IMG/VR virus record: IMGVR_UViG_3300034158_000023
Location: 62,001 to 126,000 of that record
Reading direction: 5' to 3' (one strand)
Length of the DNA stretch: 64,000 bases
Shown: piece after piece, positions 30,256 through 40,873 of the stretch
Layout: the number at the start of each line of letters is the position of its first letter
How positions within the stretch are numbered: the first letter of the stretch is position 1
Notes under the pieces: generated by a model
Database searches by the model: none
Told to the model about the DNA's origin: nothing
What the model saw: the letters and a program-made list of their open reading frames with translations, nothing else
Made by a program: the position numbers and the translations under genes

Positions 30256-30290
30256 GTTATGGTATGGCCGTGCTAACACGTCATAGTATC
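30256..30290. promoter_or_regulatory. divergent late promoters (TATG type)
   Basis: TATGGTATG on + and GATACTATG on - between divergent structural genes. Confidence 0.45.
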
Positions 30291-30327
30291 TCTATACTAG
30301 TGGCACATTAATGGAGCGTAAAGAATT

Positions 30328-31245
30328 ATGTATTTAACCCCACAGAAAACCACTGCACTGAAAAACATGCAGTATGGGAAAGTAACACATGCATTAGAAC
30401 TGGCTAAAATCGGAGGTTCTTTAGAACCCCTTCCGCCGGGAGTTGCCCATGCAGATTTTAAGATTTTAGCTGTGTTTAACAAGACCGCTGCTACTAATCA
30501 AATCCCTCCATTTACGCAACCATTCGTGCTACATTCTGGTGAAGTCGTAATAGATCTAAGACCTTACTGGTCTCAAATCTCCAATTCGATTGAGTTAGGT
30601 AAAGCTATAACAAGTGGCCCAGCCAAAACTCTTATTGACTACACTAAATTGATGACACTCTGGTTAGAAAGTGAAAGTACACGCAACAGGTTACTCACCT
30701 TAGGTGATTTACCTATTCATACTTATTCTTACTGGCTCGGAGAATCTATCTCAAGAACTATCTCGGCTGACCCTATAACTCAAAGAGAGATAGTGGAGCT
30801 AGCGGCGTGGTTTTATCATTGTTTATTCCAAGATGAGAACGCTTCGTTATCTGAAGATTACGTTTATCGGATGGCTGGTAAAATCACCAGAATCTCTTGG
30901 GGTAACATAGAATCTGTAGTATCGATGATTAATACCGTCGGAGTACTGAAAGATTTGCATGCATTTAGCAACGCTGTGGTTGGTTTACAGAGCTTACGTA
31001 CTGACAAAGTTAACGTGGGTTTAATAGTGACAGCCATGATAGGTAGCTGGTTTGGTTCCAGTAGCGCTAAAGAAATCGCTGCGGTAGCAATTGAGTATCC
31101 ACCTGCTTTCTTAGCGATGTTGCATAGTGCATGTACCGATTCATTCTTCCGTAAGTCACCTTTGTTTGAAATTGCTAAACGTGCCGATAAAAATGGTAAG
31201 TTCTCAGAGTTTAGCCGAGTGTATTCGAATGTCTTACATAGATAA
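30328..31245 (+). CDS. virion/baseplate structural protein (phiKZ gp28-like)
   Basis: Divergent from sheath; VIDLRPY, AIEYPPAF; synteny. Confidence 0.7.
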   Translation: MYLTPQKTTALKNMQYGKVTHALELAKIGGSLEPLPPGVAHADFKILAVFNKTAATNQIPPFTQPFVLHSGEVVIDLRPYWSQISNSIELGKAITSGPAKTLIDYTKLMTLWLESESTRNRLLTLGDLPIHTYSYWLGESISRTISADPITQREIVELAAWFYHCLFQDENASLSEDYVYRMAGKITRISWGNIESVVSMINTVGVLKDLHAFSNAVVGLQSLRTDKVNVGLIVTAMIGSWFGSSSAKEIAAVAIEYPPAFLAMLHSACTDSFFRKSPLFEIAKRADKNGKFSEFSRVYSNVLHR

Positions 31246-31256
31246 GGAATTGACAC

Positions 31257-33971
31257 ATGCTCAAGTACCTCTTAAAGCACGCAATCGCTAACGTTTGGTG
31301 TAGCCCATTCCAAGACGATCAAGCGTTACTGTTGCTTTCTAGAGTCAGTCCTATAGAACGCTATCGTGATTACTATTACGATAGATGGGAAAGGGTGGCT
31401 CTTCCAACTTTGAAAGAAGATTACCACGTTTATCAGATTGGGCAGAACAACCAAACCCGACTGAACTTATCTACTAAGTTTAACGTTTGGGTAAATGCAG
31501 CTGAAATCTGTGCCACCAACTCAATGACAATTGAATTCTATTTGGGTACTGGGATACAGTTATGTCGTAGCAGAGTATGGATAATGCTGGGTGAGGATTA
31601 CAACTACACCGTGGCTATCCAGATGCAGGATACTATTGCAAACATAGACTATGTCGAAGTATTCATGCGTGTTTATAAGAACGCATACTTCGGTAGTGAT
31701 ATGGATACAGTGGGTGCTGTAAAGATTGCCTGTAATGGTGGATTAATTACCTCTAATGCGCAAGCCCTAGCGTTACAACAAGAATACCTAGGGTTTAAAG
31801 CCAAGCCTAAAGGTTTTGCCTATGCCTTTAATAATGGTTTCTACGTAGATAACTTCTTACCTGATCAAGTTAAGGTAGGGGATCACGTTGAGTACCTGTA
31901 CGATGCTAGTGTAGACGAGGTAGTGGATTTTAAAATCGATGACTTGTTAACATTCACATCTGAACTAGATGGGCAGTTAAAGTTCTTGCTACATCCACCT
32001 AAGAAATTAGACAGCATTGATTATCGCGATGATATCGATTTATGGATTATCAAGAAATCTAGTGGTGGTCGCTTTAAAGGTCGTTACTACAACCGTAATG
32101 CTGAGGTCAGCGTTAGGATGGTAACTCATCGTGATTGGTCTGTACCTACTAGCTTTGTGCAAGCAGTGATAGACAGTGAGCCAGAATGGTTAAATACAAC
32201 TGGTTTATATTTACGAGTAGTTATCCGTAAGGCAGGTTACAATCGTCCTCTAGTGGATGAGCATCACCGCATTAAAGAACTCTATAAGCTTACAGATGCT
32301 GCTATCATTAGAGCAATGATTGGTTTAGATTCTACTGTGGTAGAATGGACTGCGGCAACTTTAGAGAAATCGGCATATACTCGCATCATGCGGAGTTTCT
32401 TTAAAGACTTGTCTGCTGTGGAAGTGTTGTACGCTTATGGTTATAATGCTACAGCCAAACTGGTAGGTGATACCCCAGTGATGGTCAAGTATGGTTCTTT
32501 CAAAGTACCTATTGGTTATCAGTGGAAATCTACGGTTTATGAATACGATGAACAAGGTTTACTAACTGGATGGAGATATCACAGTAATGGTGATACTTAC
32601 TACCCAATGGTTAGCACTACTAAAATGGTAGAGTTTGTGGATGGTGAAGGTGGGCGCTTAGCTGACTTCCAATTATCCAAATCTATTTGTGTGGTGGATA
32701 AGCTAAGTTCGTATCGGTTCTATGTGAGTCCTATCAACGTTGCAGGTGTACCCTTTAACGACTGGAAAGACGTTACTGATGACCCTGACTACTACACGGT
32801 TGGCTCTAGTGGGATTGTGTCGTGGAAGATTGACCCTAGTGGTCAGTTAGGTGTGGTTAAAGGGAACTCTAAGTTTATTTCTTACGACTTAGATATTGCT
32901 GAGTACAACCACGTTTATAAGTTTACTCTGAACCACTCTAGTCAACAAGCGCAAGTGCTACACATTCCACCTGGTCGTTTAGACATTTGGATGAACGGCC
33001 GTGCTTTGGTAGAGAACATTGACTACTTCGTTAATTACCCAGAAGTTGTTGTATGTAACAAAGAGTATTTGAAAACTGGTAAACAGTCATTTACTATTCG
33101 TGGTTATCACTTCTGTAAAGAAGACATGACTAGAGAGCTTTCGTCTCAACGTGGTTACATCAAACACGGTTTCATGTCAGTGAATAACATCTACGACTTA
33201 CGTGATGACAAAGTGGTTCGTGTTGTAGCGGCAGGTAGAACTTTCCATAGAGATCAAGTTTCCTTTGCAGAAGATCAGCGCTTAGTGACAGCTAATGGAC
33301 TTACTAATGGTAGACCATATTTAATCCAAGATGTCATTGTTCCAGTTCGCGGGGTTATAGATTACGATACTTATCCATTAAGAGCGTCGTCAATAGACCT
33401 AGATGAACGTGTAAGCGATTATCTCACGTCAAAGCTACCTGAGCTTAACACAGATGGTGAATCCGGTATTATCAATCACTACGAGCTTTATAGCCCTACT
33501 ATGGGTAGATTGATATACGACATGGGTATGGGTTTAGTGTTACCTTTAATAGGGACAGCACCTGAATCTGAAGTTGCTAAACTGATGTTGCCTTATTTAC
33601 ATCTTTTAATAGCTGACCCTTGTCGTCAAGATATGGATTTCAGATATTTGTCTATACATCCACACCCATCTAAGTTTGTTCTGACAGTAACTCAAATGAC
33701 TTATGTGTTCTTACAGCGTATCAACATGCTGTATCTATACAACCGAGTTAATCTGAGTCACTTCTTAGCAATCGAAGGTGAAGGTGAGACAGTCCCTGAA
33801 GTACCACCACCACCAGTGATCCCTGATCCAGACCCTATTCCTGTCCCTCCTGCTAGAACCTTAATAGCAGATGAGACAGGGGTAGTACCTATAAGTGAAA
33901 TAGCTAACGTAAAAGTTTCTGTTACTGATACAAAAGTTTACGGGGCATTGGTGTCACTCACGCCATATTAA
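31257..33971 (+). CDS. baseplate structural protein (phiKZ gp27-like) with Pro-rich C-terminal extension
   Basis: NVWCSP.QD start, ~900 aa, synteny. Confidence 0.75.
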   Translation: MLKYLLKHAIANVWCSPFQDDQALLLLSRVSPIERYRDYYYDRWERVALPTLKEDYHVYQIGQNNQTRLNLSTKFNVWVNAAEICATNSMTIEFYLGTGIQLCRSRVWIMLGEDYNYTVAIQMQDTIANIDYVEVFMRVYKNAYFGSDMDTVGAVKIACNGGLITSNAQALALQQEYLGFKAKPKGFAYAFNNGFYVDNFLPDQVKVGDHVEYLYDASVDEVVDFKIDDLLTFTSELDGQLKFLLHPPKKLDSIDYRDDIDLWIIKKSSGGRFKGRYYNRNAEVSVRMVTHRDWSVPTSFVQAVIDSEPEWLNTTGLYLRVVIRKAGYNRPLVDEHHRIKELYKLTDAAIIRAMIGLDSTVVEWTAATLEKSAYTRIMRSFFKDLSAVEVLYAYGYNATAKLVGDTPVMVKYGSFKVPIGYQWKSTVYEYDEQGLLTGWRYHSNGDTYYPMVSTTKMVEFVDGEGGRLADFQLSKSICVVDKLSSYRFYVSPINVAGVPFNDWKDVTDDPDYYTVGSSGIVSWKIDPSGQLGVVKGNSKFISYDLDIAEYNHVYKFTLNHSSQQAQVLHIPPGRLDIWMNGRALVENIDYFVNYPEVVVCNKEYLKTGKQSFTIRGYHFCKEDMTRELSSQRGYIKHGFMSVNNIYDLRDDKVVRVVAAGRTFHRDQVSFAEDQRLVTANGLTNGRPYLIQDVIVPVRGVIDYDTYPLRASSIDLDERVSDYLTSKLPELNTDGESGIINHYELYSPTMGRLIYDMGMGLVLPLIGTAPESEVAKLMLPYLHLLIADPCRQDMDFRYLSIHPHPSKFVLTVTQMTYVFLQRINMLYLYNRVNLSHFLAIEGEGETVPEVPPPPVIPDPDPIPVPPARTLIADETGVVPISEIANVKVSVTDTKVYGALVSLTPY

Positions 33972-33985
33972 AAAAAGGATTAATT

Positions 33986-36925
33986 ATGCACAACCTAAGA
34001 CTCGAGGGTAGTGGTAAATTAATCGTTAAACGTAATGGAGTCGTCCGCGCTGAGAAGGCGGACGACAATATGCTGTTAAACGGTTTTTACACTAAGTTAA
34101 TTTTACAGCAACCTCATTTAGAATTAAAAGCTGCGGCTAAAGTAGGCATGGGTTACGATGCAGGTGTAGGTAGCATGACTGCTCTACAAACTGGACTACA
34201 ACCTACGTCAGGGTTATGGCCTACTGCATTTCTTACTCCAGATGGAGTCGCTCAGTTAATAGATGGTAAGTTGGTAGTTAAAGGGTTCTTTAACTTTACT
34301 TTTGAACCTGGGCAGATTGTAGGACCATTAGTAGAATACGGTATAGACTTGTCTGGCAATACCAGACCAGATATGTTTGACGTGGACACTCGTCTAGTCA
34401 TAATGTCTGGTGCTGACTTACCTCTACCTATGCAAATTACTGCACAAGACCAGGTCTTGATCTCGTACAAAATTACCCTGACTATAGATCTAGTTCAACC
34501 ATCAAAAACTATTTCCGTGGATTATGATGGGACACCAGTACAACATCAAGTAAAACTGAATATTAGTAAAGTCGGTGATATCATTGACTATATTAATATC
34601 TTAGGGTCGAAACCATCTAATGTAACTCCAAAGATTATGGTATCTCCTGAGACACCAACTGACCCATTAGTTGAGTTTAATCCAACTGAACAAGCTCTGG
34701 TAGGTGAGGCGATACTGACTAAAACTGCAACGGGTGCTTATGTGCCTGTCACGTTAGGAGACAACGTAACATTTGATGCAGGTGTGAACGTCGTCACGTT
34801 TACTGACAGCTGGTATCAACTAGTGTTTATCCCTCCGATAATGAAAACGGCTCAACAGAACGTTAGCTTCACTATTGGTCAAGGCATTTATGAAATTGAA
34901 GAACCTCCAGTGGTGGTTAACCAATCAATTAGTAAATGGAAGTTAGCTGGCAGTTCTCCATATATATCACTAGTGTATTTAATTGGTCACGATAGTACTC
35001 CAGCTTTAGATAACGGTGAAATGCAGATTGCACTTACCCATAGTCAAAACTCTAAATCTCCTGGGGGTACGACAATACCTCTATTGGAAACCGGGTTCTT
35101 TACTGCATGTAACTATGCCGACGACTATTTAGAGGATTTCTCAGTAGGGTTCGCATTTGCCAGCTTTGCTGGCAAACATGCAAGTTTTCTAGAGATAGCT
35201 GCTGAATACGACATTACTTCATATGTGCGGTATGGTGGGGGTGAATTGAAGTTAATTTATCTATGGGACAATGACTACGAAAGTCCAAGAGCATATATCG
35301 TCAATGCTGATGGGTCTGTAGGTGTACCGTATGAGAACTTAAACCATCAAAAATTATATAGGTTAGTGGGCTGGAACAGAGAATATGGAGGTGAGGCATT
35401 CCAGTTGGAAATTGCAAGTTTCGGAGAATCGCAACTTACAGAAAAACTACCATTGCTGAAAATATCAGAATTCCACGAGGGGGTTGCTCCAGAAATTGGA
35501 TACAAAACAACCTTTGGCTTCGGTACTTGGGGTTTAAATCTAACTCACAAAACTGACCCAGCTAAAAGTTTGAGCATGGAACACAACTTTTACATCACTG
35601 GTAACGTGAGTAGCTCGGGAATATGGAAACATAGCCAAGGCATTGGTAAGTTCATTGACACTCGTCCATTTGATAACAGTAACGTGGAGGTAGCAGAACT
35701 AAATGGAGTTCAATTGGCACTGGGCGTATATTTAGAATCAGTGTCAAACCCTACTTTAACCACTAGTTTATCTTTAGATAAAATGCACGTGGACACTATC
35801 CAAATGTTACTAACAGAAGGAGACGATGTTTATTTAGCATTTGGGGTAGGTGGCGAGACAACCGAAGATTTCGATAAATATGATTATTATATTTATGTTG
35901 GGATCGCAGACTCGCCAAACTTAGGAATAACATTAAAATGTGTAAAGAACACTAGCGGAGAGCTTAACTGGCACGCCATATATGGTTTTGGCGAAATGGT
36001 AAAATCACCAGAATCTATCGATAGCTTCACGCATGTTCAACATAGGGCAGGTGTGTGTGGTTTTAAAGTATCTGAGTGGTTAGCCGATACCATTGGGAAT
36101 TTTACTGATATACCCAAAGGTTTTGCAGGTAAACGACTAATTGAAACTTATGACATTAGAATATTTGCCAAGCCCAAAGTAACTACTACGAACCCCATGG
36201 TGATTGCCACTAAATTAAAACTAGTAGGTTCTCCTTATAGACATAATCCAAATGGTTGGATATTCGCGGAGGAGTATGGTCTTTATTGGTTTGGAACTGA
36301 CACCGATGTAGTTATGAATTCTAACGACTCGGCAGAAGTAGGTGTTTTGGTATTTCCGTATGACGATTATTCAGACGGAACTATGGTGCCGGATACTAGC
36401 CGTGAACGTGCGACTAGGATCGGCAATAAGTACGTCGTTCCTGGGCACAGGGCATATATTGCCGTTGCAGCGGACGTTTTTAGTTATTCTAAATACCCAG
36501 AAAAGAACATTCTAGAGTTGTGTGACGTGTTTTTAGAATTAACTTTATCAGATGGAGTGGTAAGAAAGTCTAAGTTTATAGCTACTAACAATAATTGGTA
36601 TTCTTTTGTTCCTGAATCCTCTACAAACCCTGGTACCTACCCTGAGCGAGATACATTTTACGAAGTTCCATTCCACGACCAAGGTGCTAATTCTGGTTAT
36701 GCCGCGGGTGGCCCAGTGTCCCTTCTAAACCAGATGGCGCTAGCTGAAACCCCATATCGTGAATTAGACTCTACTAGAACTTGGTTAGATAGCGCCTTTA
36801 TGGAATCTGGCAATTTACCAATTTCTCTAACTAGTGAGGTCATGACACTGACCGTTAAACTAATTTCCAAAGTTTACGATGTAGCAGACGTAGAGGTTAC
36901 TTCTGTCATTGAATTAACCGCATAA
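33986..36925 (+). CDS. tail-fibre-associated protein (gp131-like N-domain plus repeated C-terminal domains)
   Basis: N-terminal ~300 aa paralogous to 38065-42433 products. Confidence 0.65.
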   Translation: MHNLRLEGSGKLIVKRNGVVRAEKADDNMLLNGFYTKLILQQPHLELKAAAKVGMGYDAGVGSMTALQTGLQPTSGLWPTAFLTPDGVAQLIDGKLVVKGFFNFTFEPGQIVGPLVEYGIDLSGNTRPDMFDVDTRLVIMSGADLPLPMQITAQDQVLISYKITLTIDLVQPSKTISVDYDGTPVQHQVKLNISKVGDIIDYINILGSKPSNVTPKIMVSPETPTDPLVEFNPTEQALVGEAILTKTATGAYVPVTLGDNVTFDAGVNVVTFTDSWYQLVFIPPIMKTAQQNVSFTIGQGIYEIEEPPVVVNQSISKWKLAGSSPYISLVYLIGHDSTPALDNGEMQIALTHSQNSKSPGGTTIPLLETGFFTACNYADDYLEDFSVGFAFASFAGKHASFLEIAAEYDITSYVRYGGGELKLIYLWDNDYESPRAYIVNADGSVGVPYENLNHQKLYRLVGWNREYGGEAFQLEIASFGESQLTEKLPLLKISEFHEGVAPEIGYKTTFGFGTWGLNLTHKTDPAKSLSMEHNFYITGNVSSSGIWKHSQGIGKFIDTRPFDNSNVEVAELNGVQLALGVYLESVSNPTLTTSLSLDKMHVDTIQMLLTEGDDVYLAFGVGGETTEDFDKYDYYIYVGIADSPNLGITLKCVKNTSGELNWHAIYGFGEMVKSPESIDSFTHVQHRAGVCGFKVSEWLADTIGNFTDIPKGFAGKRLIETYDIRIFAKPKVTTTNPMVIATKLKLVGSPYRHNPNGWIFAEEYGLYWFGTDTDVVMNSNDSAEVGVLVFPYDDYSDGTMVPDTSRERATRIGNKYVVPGHRAYIAVAADVFSYSKYPEKNILELCDVFLELTLSDGVVRKSKFIATNNNWYSFVPESSTNPGTYPERDTFYEVPFHDQGANSGYAAGGPVSLLNQMALAETPYRELDSTRTWLDSAFMESGNLPISLTSEVMTLTVKLISKVYDVADVEVTSVIELTA

Positions 36926-36935
36926 GGACATTACA

Positions 36936-38054
36936 ATGATACCATTATTACCTAGCTGGGATGAAAATGATAACATGAGTGCTCCATATGTGGGGCCAAT
37001 AAAACGACCTGCCCCTAAGGGAGAATGGGAGAATGCGACATTCTCCCTAGGGCCCTTAAATTATGGAGCACCTGAACAACATTTAGCGCAAAGATGGTGG
37101 GCTATCTATTCTGAGATCCATGAAGGGGTAACCTACCTTTATATAGTTCCAGCTAACCTTGACGGTAGTGGATGGGGAAGACCTAGACGGATTCTTGATT
37201 TCTACTACGCTAGAATTATTATAGGTATTACCTTTGGATTTAATCACCGTGGCCTTGCCATAATTGGGTTACACCACAACGATAACTACGGTCCACCTAA
37301 TGCAACTTCAGTTTTCTATCCCGTTAAGGATAGTGCAGGAGCATATGCGGTAAGGATTATGTATTTAATGGATGCCAAAGGAGTAGTAATAGCGTGCGAA
37401 AAACCAGAGTATGTTGAAGGGGTAGAAAGAGTAACCTACCTTTTTTACAAGGATCCAAATAACGTATTAACTTACCTTACTGACAATGGTACTGAAAATT
37501 GGAGTAATACTAATGCAGTTAAAAGTAGAGAACTGGGCCCGTCTTGGGAAATTCTGCATGGGGGTTATCGCATAGACGGTAAGTTTCAATTAGCTTATCG
37601 ACATGATGCAAACGACCCATTACCACCAGATGTTCTACCTCCGGAAAGTTATACTTACGGGGAGTTGCTATCATCTCCTTATCCATATAAGGCTCCAGTA
37701 GAAATTAACCCTATCCCTAAAGCTAGTGTCTCTACTGCTACTGTGACAACAGTTACACCTACAGTGGAAACCGCAAACGTGGCTAGACCGATGGGTACGA
37801 TAACTGGCATTTTAATCACGGAACCGTTGATTAATTTACCTATAGTAGAACAGATACCAGTTGCTAAAGCTAAGATTGACTCGATGTCAGTAGAGAATAC
37901 GATTCTAGTTACTCCAGTGACTGAAACGTTACCTACTACATTACCATTGGCTATGGGAGTCAAGTTAACAACCACTAGGGTGGGCGATGAAGCAGTTAGT
38001 ACTACCACCATTGGCGTACCAACCATCAGTAACATAACCGTTACTAATCTCTAA
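36936..38054 (+). CDS. tail-associated protein, paralogue of 41793, with repetitive C-terminal tail
   Basis: LGP..L.QRWW, ITFGFNHRG.. blocks shared with 41793 product. Confidence 0.65.
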   Translation: MIPLLPSWDENDNMSAPYVGPIKRPAPKGEWENATFSLGPLNYGAPEQHLAQRWWAIYSEIHEGVTYLYIVPANLDGSGWGRPRRILDFYYARIIIGITFGFNHRGLAIIGLHHNDNYGPPNATSVFYPVKDSAGAYAVRIMYLMDAKGVVIACEKPEYVEGVERVTYLFYKDPNNVLTYLTDNGTENWSNTNAVKSRELGPSWEILHGGYRIDGKFQLAYRHDANDPLPPDVLPPESYTYGELLSSPYPYKAPVEINPIPKASVSTATVTTVTPTVETANVARPMGTITGILITEPLINLPIVEQIPVAKAKIDSMSVENTILVTPVTETLPTTLPLAMGVKLTTTRVGDEAVSTTTIGVPTISNITVTNL

Positions 38055-38064
38055 GGAGGTCAGG

Positions 38065-38973
38065 ATGTTTAACAATTTGAAAGCTACTGGTGCTGGTGTG
38101 TTAACCGTTAAAGGTCCCACCAAAGAAGTTAGCGTAAAGAGTGGTAATCACATCTTACAAAACTTCTGGACATTAATGGCTGATAATACCATGCGCTCTA
38201 CAGTGGTTGCTATGTGTAAAATTGGCACTGGTACCACAGCTACTACCTCTGCTACAGTAGGGTTAGCCAACAAGGTAACATTACTTAATGGTGCCCAACC
38301 AACCAGAAGCACTGAAGGGGAAACTGCTAAAACTTTAAACAGCGGTGCGCAGATAGAAGCTAAATTGATATTTAAGTTCACTTTCTCTGCTGGTAGTTAT
38401 CAGGGTAGCTTAACTGAGTACGGTTTAGACTTTACATCTAGTGCTAATAGCTCACTGACGCATACCCGTGTATTGATTGGTGAAACTGGCCCTATTGAGC
38501 AATTGGTAATTGGGCTAGAAGACAGTATGGAATTAGAGTACACGATTACTCTAGTTGCTGACACTGTTAGCGCTCCTATTGAGTTTCAGTTGATGATTGA
38601 TGGCACTCCTGTAACACATACTGCGGAATGGATTTGGAGTACGCTGAAGAAGTCTACTGCTTATTTGGAGTTGTTTGGTGGGAAGGATGGGTGTTCGTTA
38701 TACAAGTTACCAGCTAAACCTACCGCATTAGTTGATCCAGTACCTAGCGCTACTGCCTATGTTAGTTGTCCTTTTTCTAGGGCATACGACGGACAGGCTA
38801 AGAAATCGTCATTGACCTTTAAGCTTACACCTTTTGCAGGTAATGAACCAGGCGGGTATAACTATTTGCGTTGCTATAGTTCTAGTGTATCTACTGGTGG
38901 ATGGTATATCAATCCGCCAATCGCTAAAACTGGTCTACAGGAATTAGTAGTAACCCTAGAGGAGTTATCATGA
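38065..38973 (+). CDS. tail-fibre-associated paralogue
   Basis: N.IL..F, KIGTGT, LTEYGLD, HTR, PPIAKT motifs. Confidence 0.65.
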   Translation: MFNNLKATGAGVLTVKGPTKEVSVKSGNHILQNFWTLMADNTMRSTVVAMCKIGTGTTATTSATVGLANKVTLLNGAQPTRSTEGETAKTLNSGAQIEAKLIFKFTFSAGSYQGSLTEYGLDFTSSANSSLTHTRVLIGETGPIEQLVIGLEDSMELEYTITLVADTVSAPIEFQLMIDGTPVTHTAEWIWSTLKKSTAYLELFGGKDGCSLYKLPAKPTALVDPVPSATAYVSCPFSRAYDGQAKKSSLTFKLTPFAGNEPGGYNYLRCYSSSVSTGGWYINPPIAKTGLQELVVTLEELS

Positions 38974-39911
38974 ATTTACCGCAATGGGAAATCCTAGGTA
39001 CAACTAAGGCTAAGGTCATCCATGAAGATGGTAGCGTGGATGTAAATGTTTATAACAATAAAATATTAAATAGTTTTTATAATTGGATCGTATCTAAACA
39101 AAACGTATACCAATTAAATCCTACATTGAAGTTAGGTACTGGCACCAGTGAAACAGACTTAGGGATGAGTGGGTTAGAAAGTCTTATCACTTTGACTAGT
39201 GGTAGTTGGCCAGCTATCCCTGTAACTGCTGGTACCACGGTGGGAGATTTTATTGAGAATGATACCGTGGTTTCTATAAAGACCACGTTTGTATTCATTT
39301 TCAAGAAAGGTCAGGTGGTAGATACGCTATCTGAATATGGGATGTCTATGGCTGCCGCTGGTGGTTCTCTAGTAGACACTCGTGTTAAGGTAACTGACAG
39401 TCAAGGTAATCCAGCGACAATAACCGTGTTGGGTACAGACCAGTTAGTAATTGAGTACACGTTAGAATTACGTGCTCCAAAAGTCGTACCTCCATTTGTA
39501 GTGCCAGTAGTTACTAACGGCGTATCAGTTGACCACACCTTCCAATTCGTGTGGGGTCCTTGGAGGAACTTTGCTGCTTACCTGAATATGGTAGGTGGTT
39601 ACATGAATGGTGGTTCCTCAGCGGCCTCTATGTTGACGGCCAACGTAAGCAGTTTTGCAGCAGACTTTGCATCACAAACTGCTTATGGTACTACCGCAGG
39701 ATTGGTATCAGTTGTGCAACAGAACGCAACTGAATTGTTTATCGACTATACCTTTGGTAGTACTAAAGGTAATCAGGCGTCTGGAATTAACTACCTTTCC
39801 GCAAATGCGTACAGTGGTGAATGGTGGAGATACAACATTACGCCACCTATAGCTAAAGCTGAAGGACAAGAGTTAAAATTCAGACTATCTATGGCTAAAA
39901 GGGGAAGTTGA
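38970..39911 (+). CDS. tail-fibre-associated paralogue
   Basis: NKILNSF, KLGTGT, LSEYG, DTR, PPIAK motifs. Confidence 0.65.
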   Translation: MNLPQWEILGTTKAKVIHEDGSVDVNVYNNKILNSFYNWIVSKQNVYQLNPTLKLGTGTSETDLGMSGLESLITLTSGSWPAIPVTAGTTVGDFIENDTVVSIKTTFVFIFKKGQVVDTLSEYGMSMAAAGGSLVDTRVKVTDSQGNPATITVLGTDQLVIEYTLELRAPKVVPPFVVPVVTNGVSVDHTFQFVWGPWRNFAAYLNMVGGYMNGGSSAASMLTANVSSFAADFASQTAYGTTAGLVSVVQQNATELFIDYTFGSTKGNQASGINYLSANAYSGEWWRYNITPPIAKAEGQELKFRLSMAKRGS

Positions 39912-40864
39912 TTATGTTTAGTACCCCAAAAGTAATACAAATGGGAGGAGTGTTCTCTGTCGGTAAAATCGCCGACGGGGAATGTTTACCACCGTGCGAA
40001 GTTGCTCATAACGCACTACTTAGTAACTTCTTAAATTACTTGATCACTAGCGATCTTTTTACTGGCGATCAACATTGCATTAAAATAGGCTACAGTGATT
40101 ACCCTAACGACGCTACTACGGTAAGTATTGTAGATGGGGTTCACTCTGCTAACGACTATGAAAACACTGGGGTAGAGGAATTACTATCTAGGAATGTTAC
40201 GTTTGACGGACTGACTCGGGTGATTACTATCCGTGAAATCTACCGCAGACGCTTTAATGAGGGTTTAATAACTAAACCCATCAAAGAAATAGGGGTAGAT
40301 CTATTTAGACCTAATGCTGGCTCCAGAGTGTGCGCCAGAACAGTTTTAGCTACCCCTGTGATTGTTGAACCAGGAGAAGGGATATACGTTGATTACGACA
40401 TTACCTGTCTATTACAATTACCTCCTGAGTCTTCTACGGTAGTAGTTACCCAAGGCGAGACCACTACAGAACACACAGTTCTTTTCAGAGTAGAGGATAT
40501 CCCAACTCTGTCTATCTTTAAGGCACTAGTGTCTGCTGGATCTAGTAATAGTGAAGATGCCGCTATGGGATGGAATGACTACGAGACATTTAATCTGAAT
40601 TTTGTTAAATGGATTTTCCCTGGTTACTTTAACTACCCATTGGAAAAGCCAACATTAACTAAAACCGTAGTCAATAAAGTAGTTACCTCCAAATGGGCAT
40701 TCTCCCCAAGTCAAGCTAATGGCGCTCCTGCTAAGGGCTACATTTCAGTTGTGCAGACTAACAAGAGGTTTACTTACATCTTCCAGCCAGGCATCCCTAA
40801 GAACTCTAACATTAAGGTAGAGTTTACTTTTGTGGATGACTACAGTGGTATCCAAACACTCTAA
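39908..40864 (+). CDS. tail-fibre-associated paralogue (start may be 39914)
   Basis: NALLSNF, IKIG, IKEIGVD, PGIPK motifs. Confidence 0.65.
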   Translation: MIMFSTPKVIQMGGVFSVGKIADGECLPPCEVAHNALLSNFLNYLITSDLFTGDQHCIKIGYSDYPNDATTVSIVDGVHSANDYENTGVEELLSRNVTFDGLTRVITIREIYRRRFNEGLITKPIKEIGVDLFRPNAGSRVCARTVLATPVIVEPGEGIYVDYDITCLLQLPPESSTVVVTQGETTTEHTVLFRVEDIPTLSIFKALVSAGSSNSEDAAMGWNDYETFNLNFVKWIFPGYFNYPLEKPTLTKTVVNKVVTSKWAFSPSQANGAPAKGYISVVQTNKRFTYIFQPGIPKNSNIKVEFTFVDDYSGIQTL

Positions 40865-40873
40865 GGAATAAGT

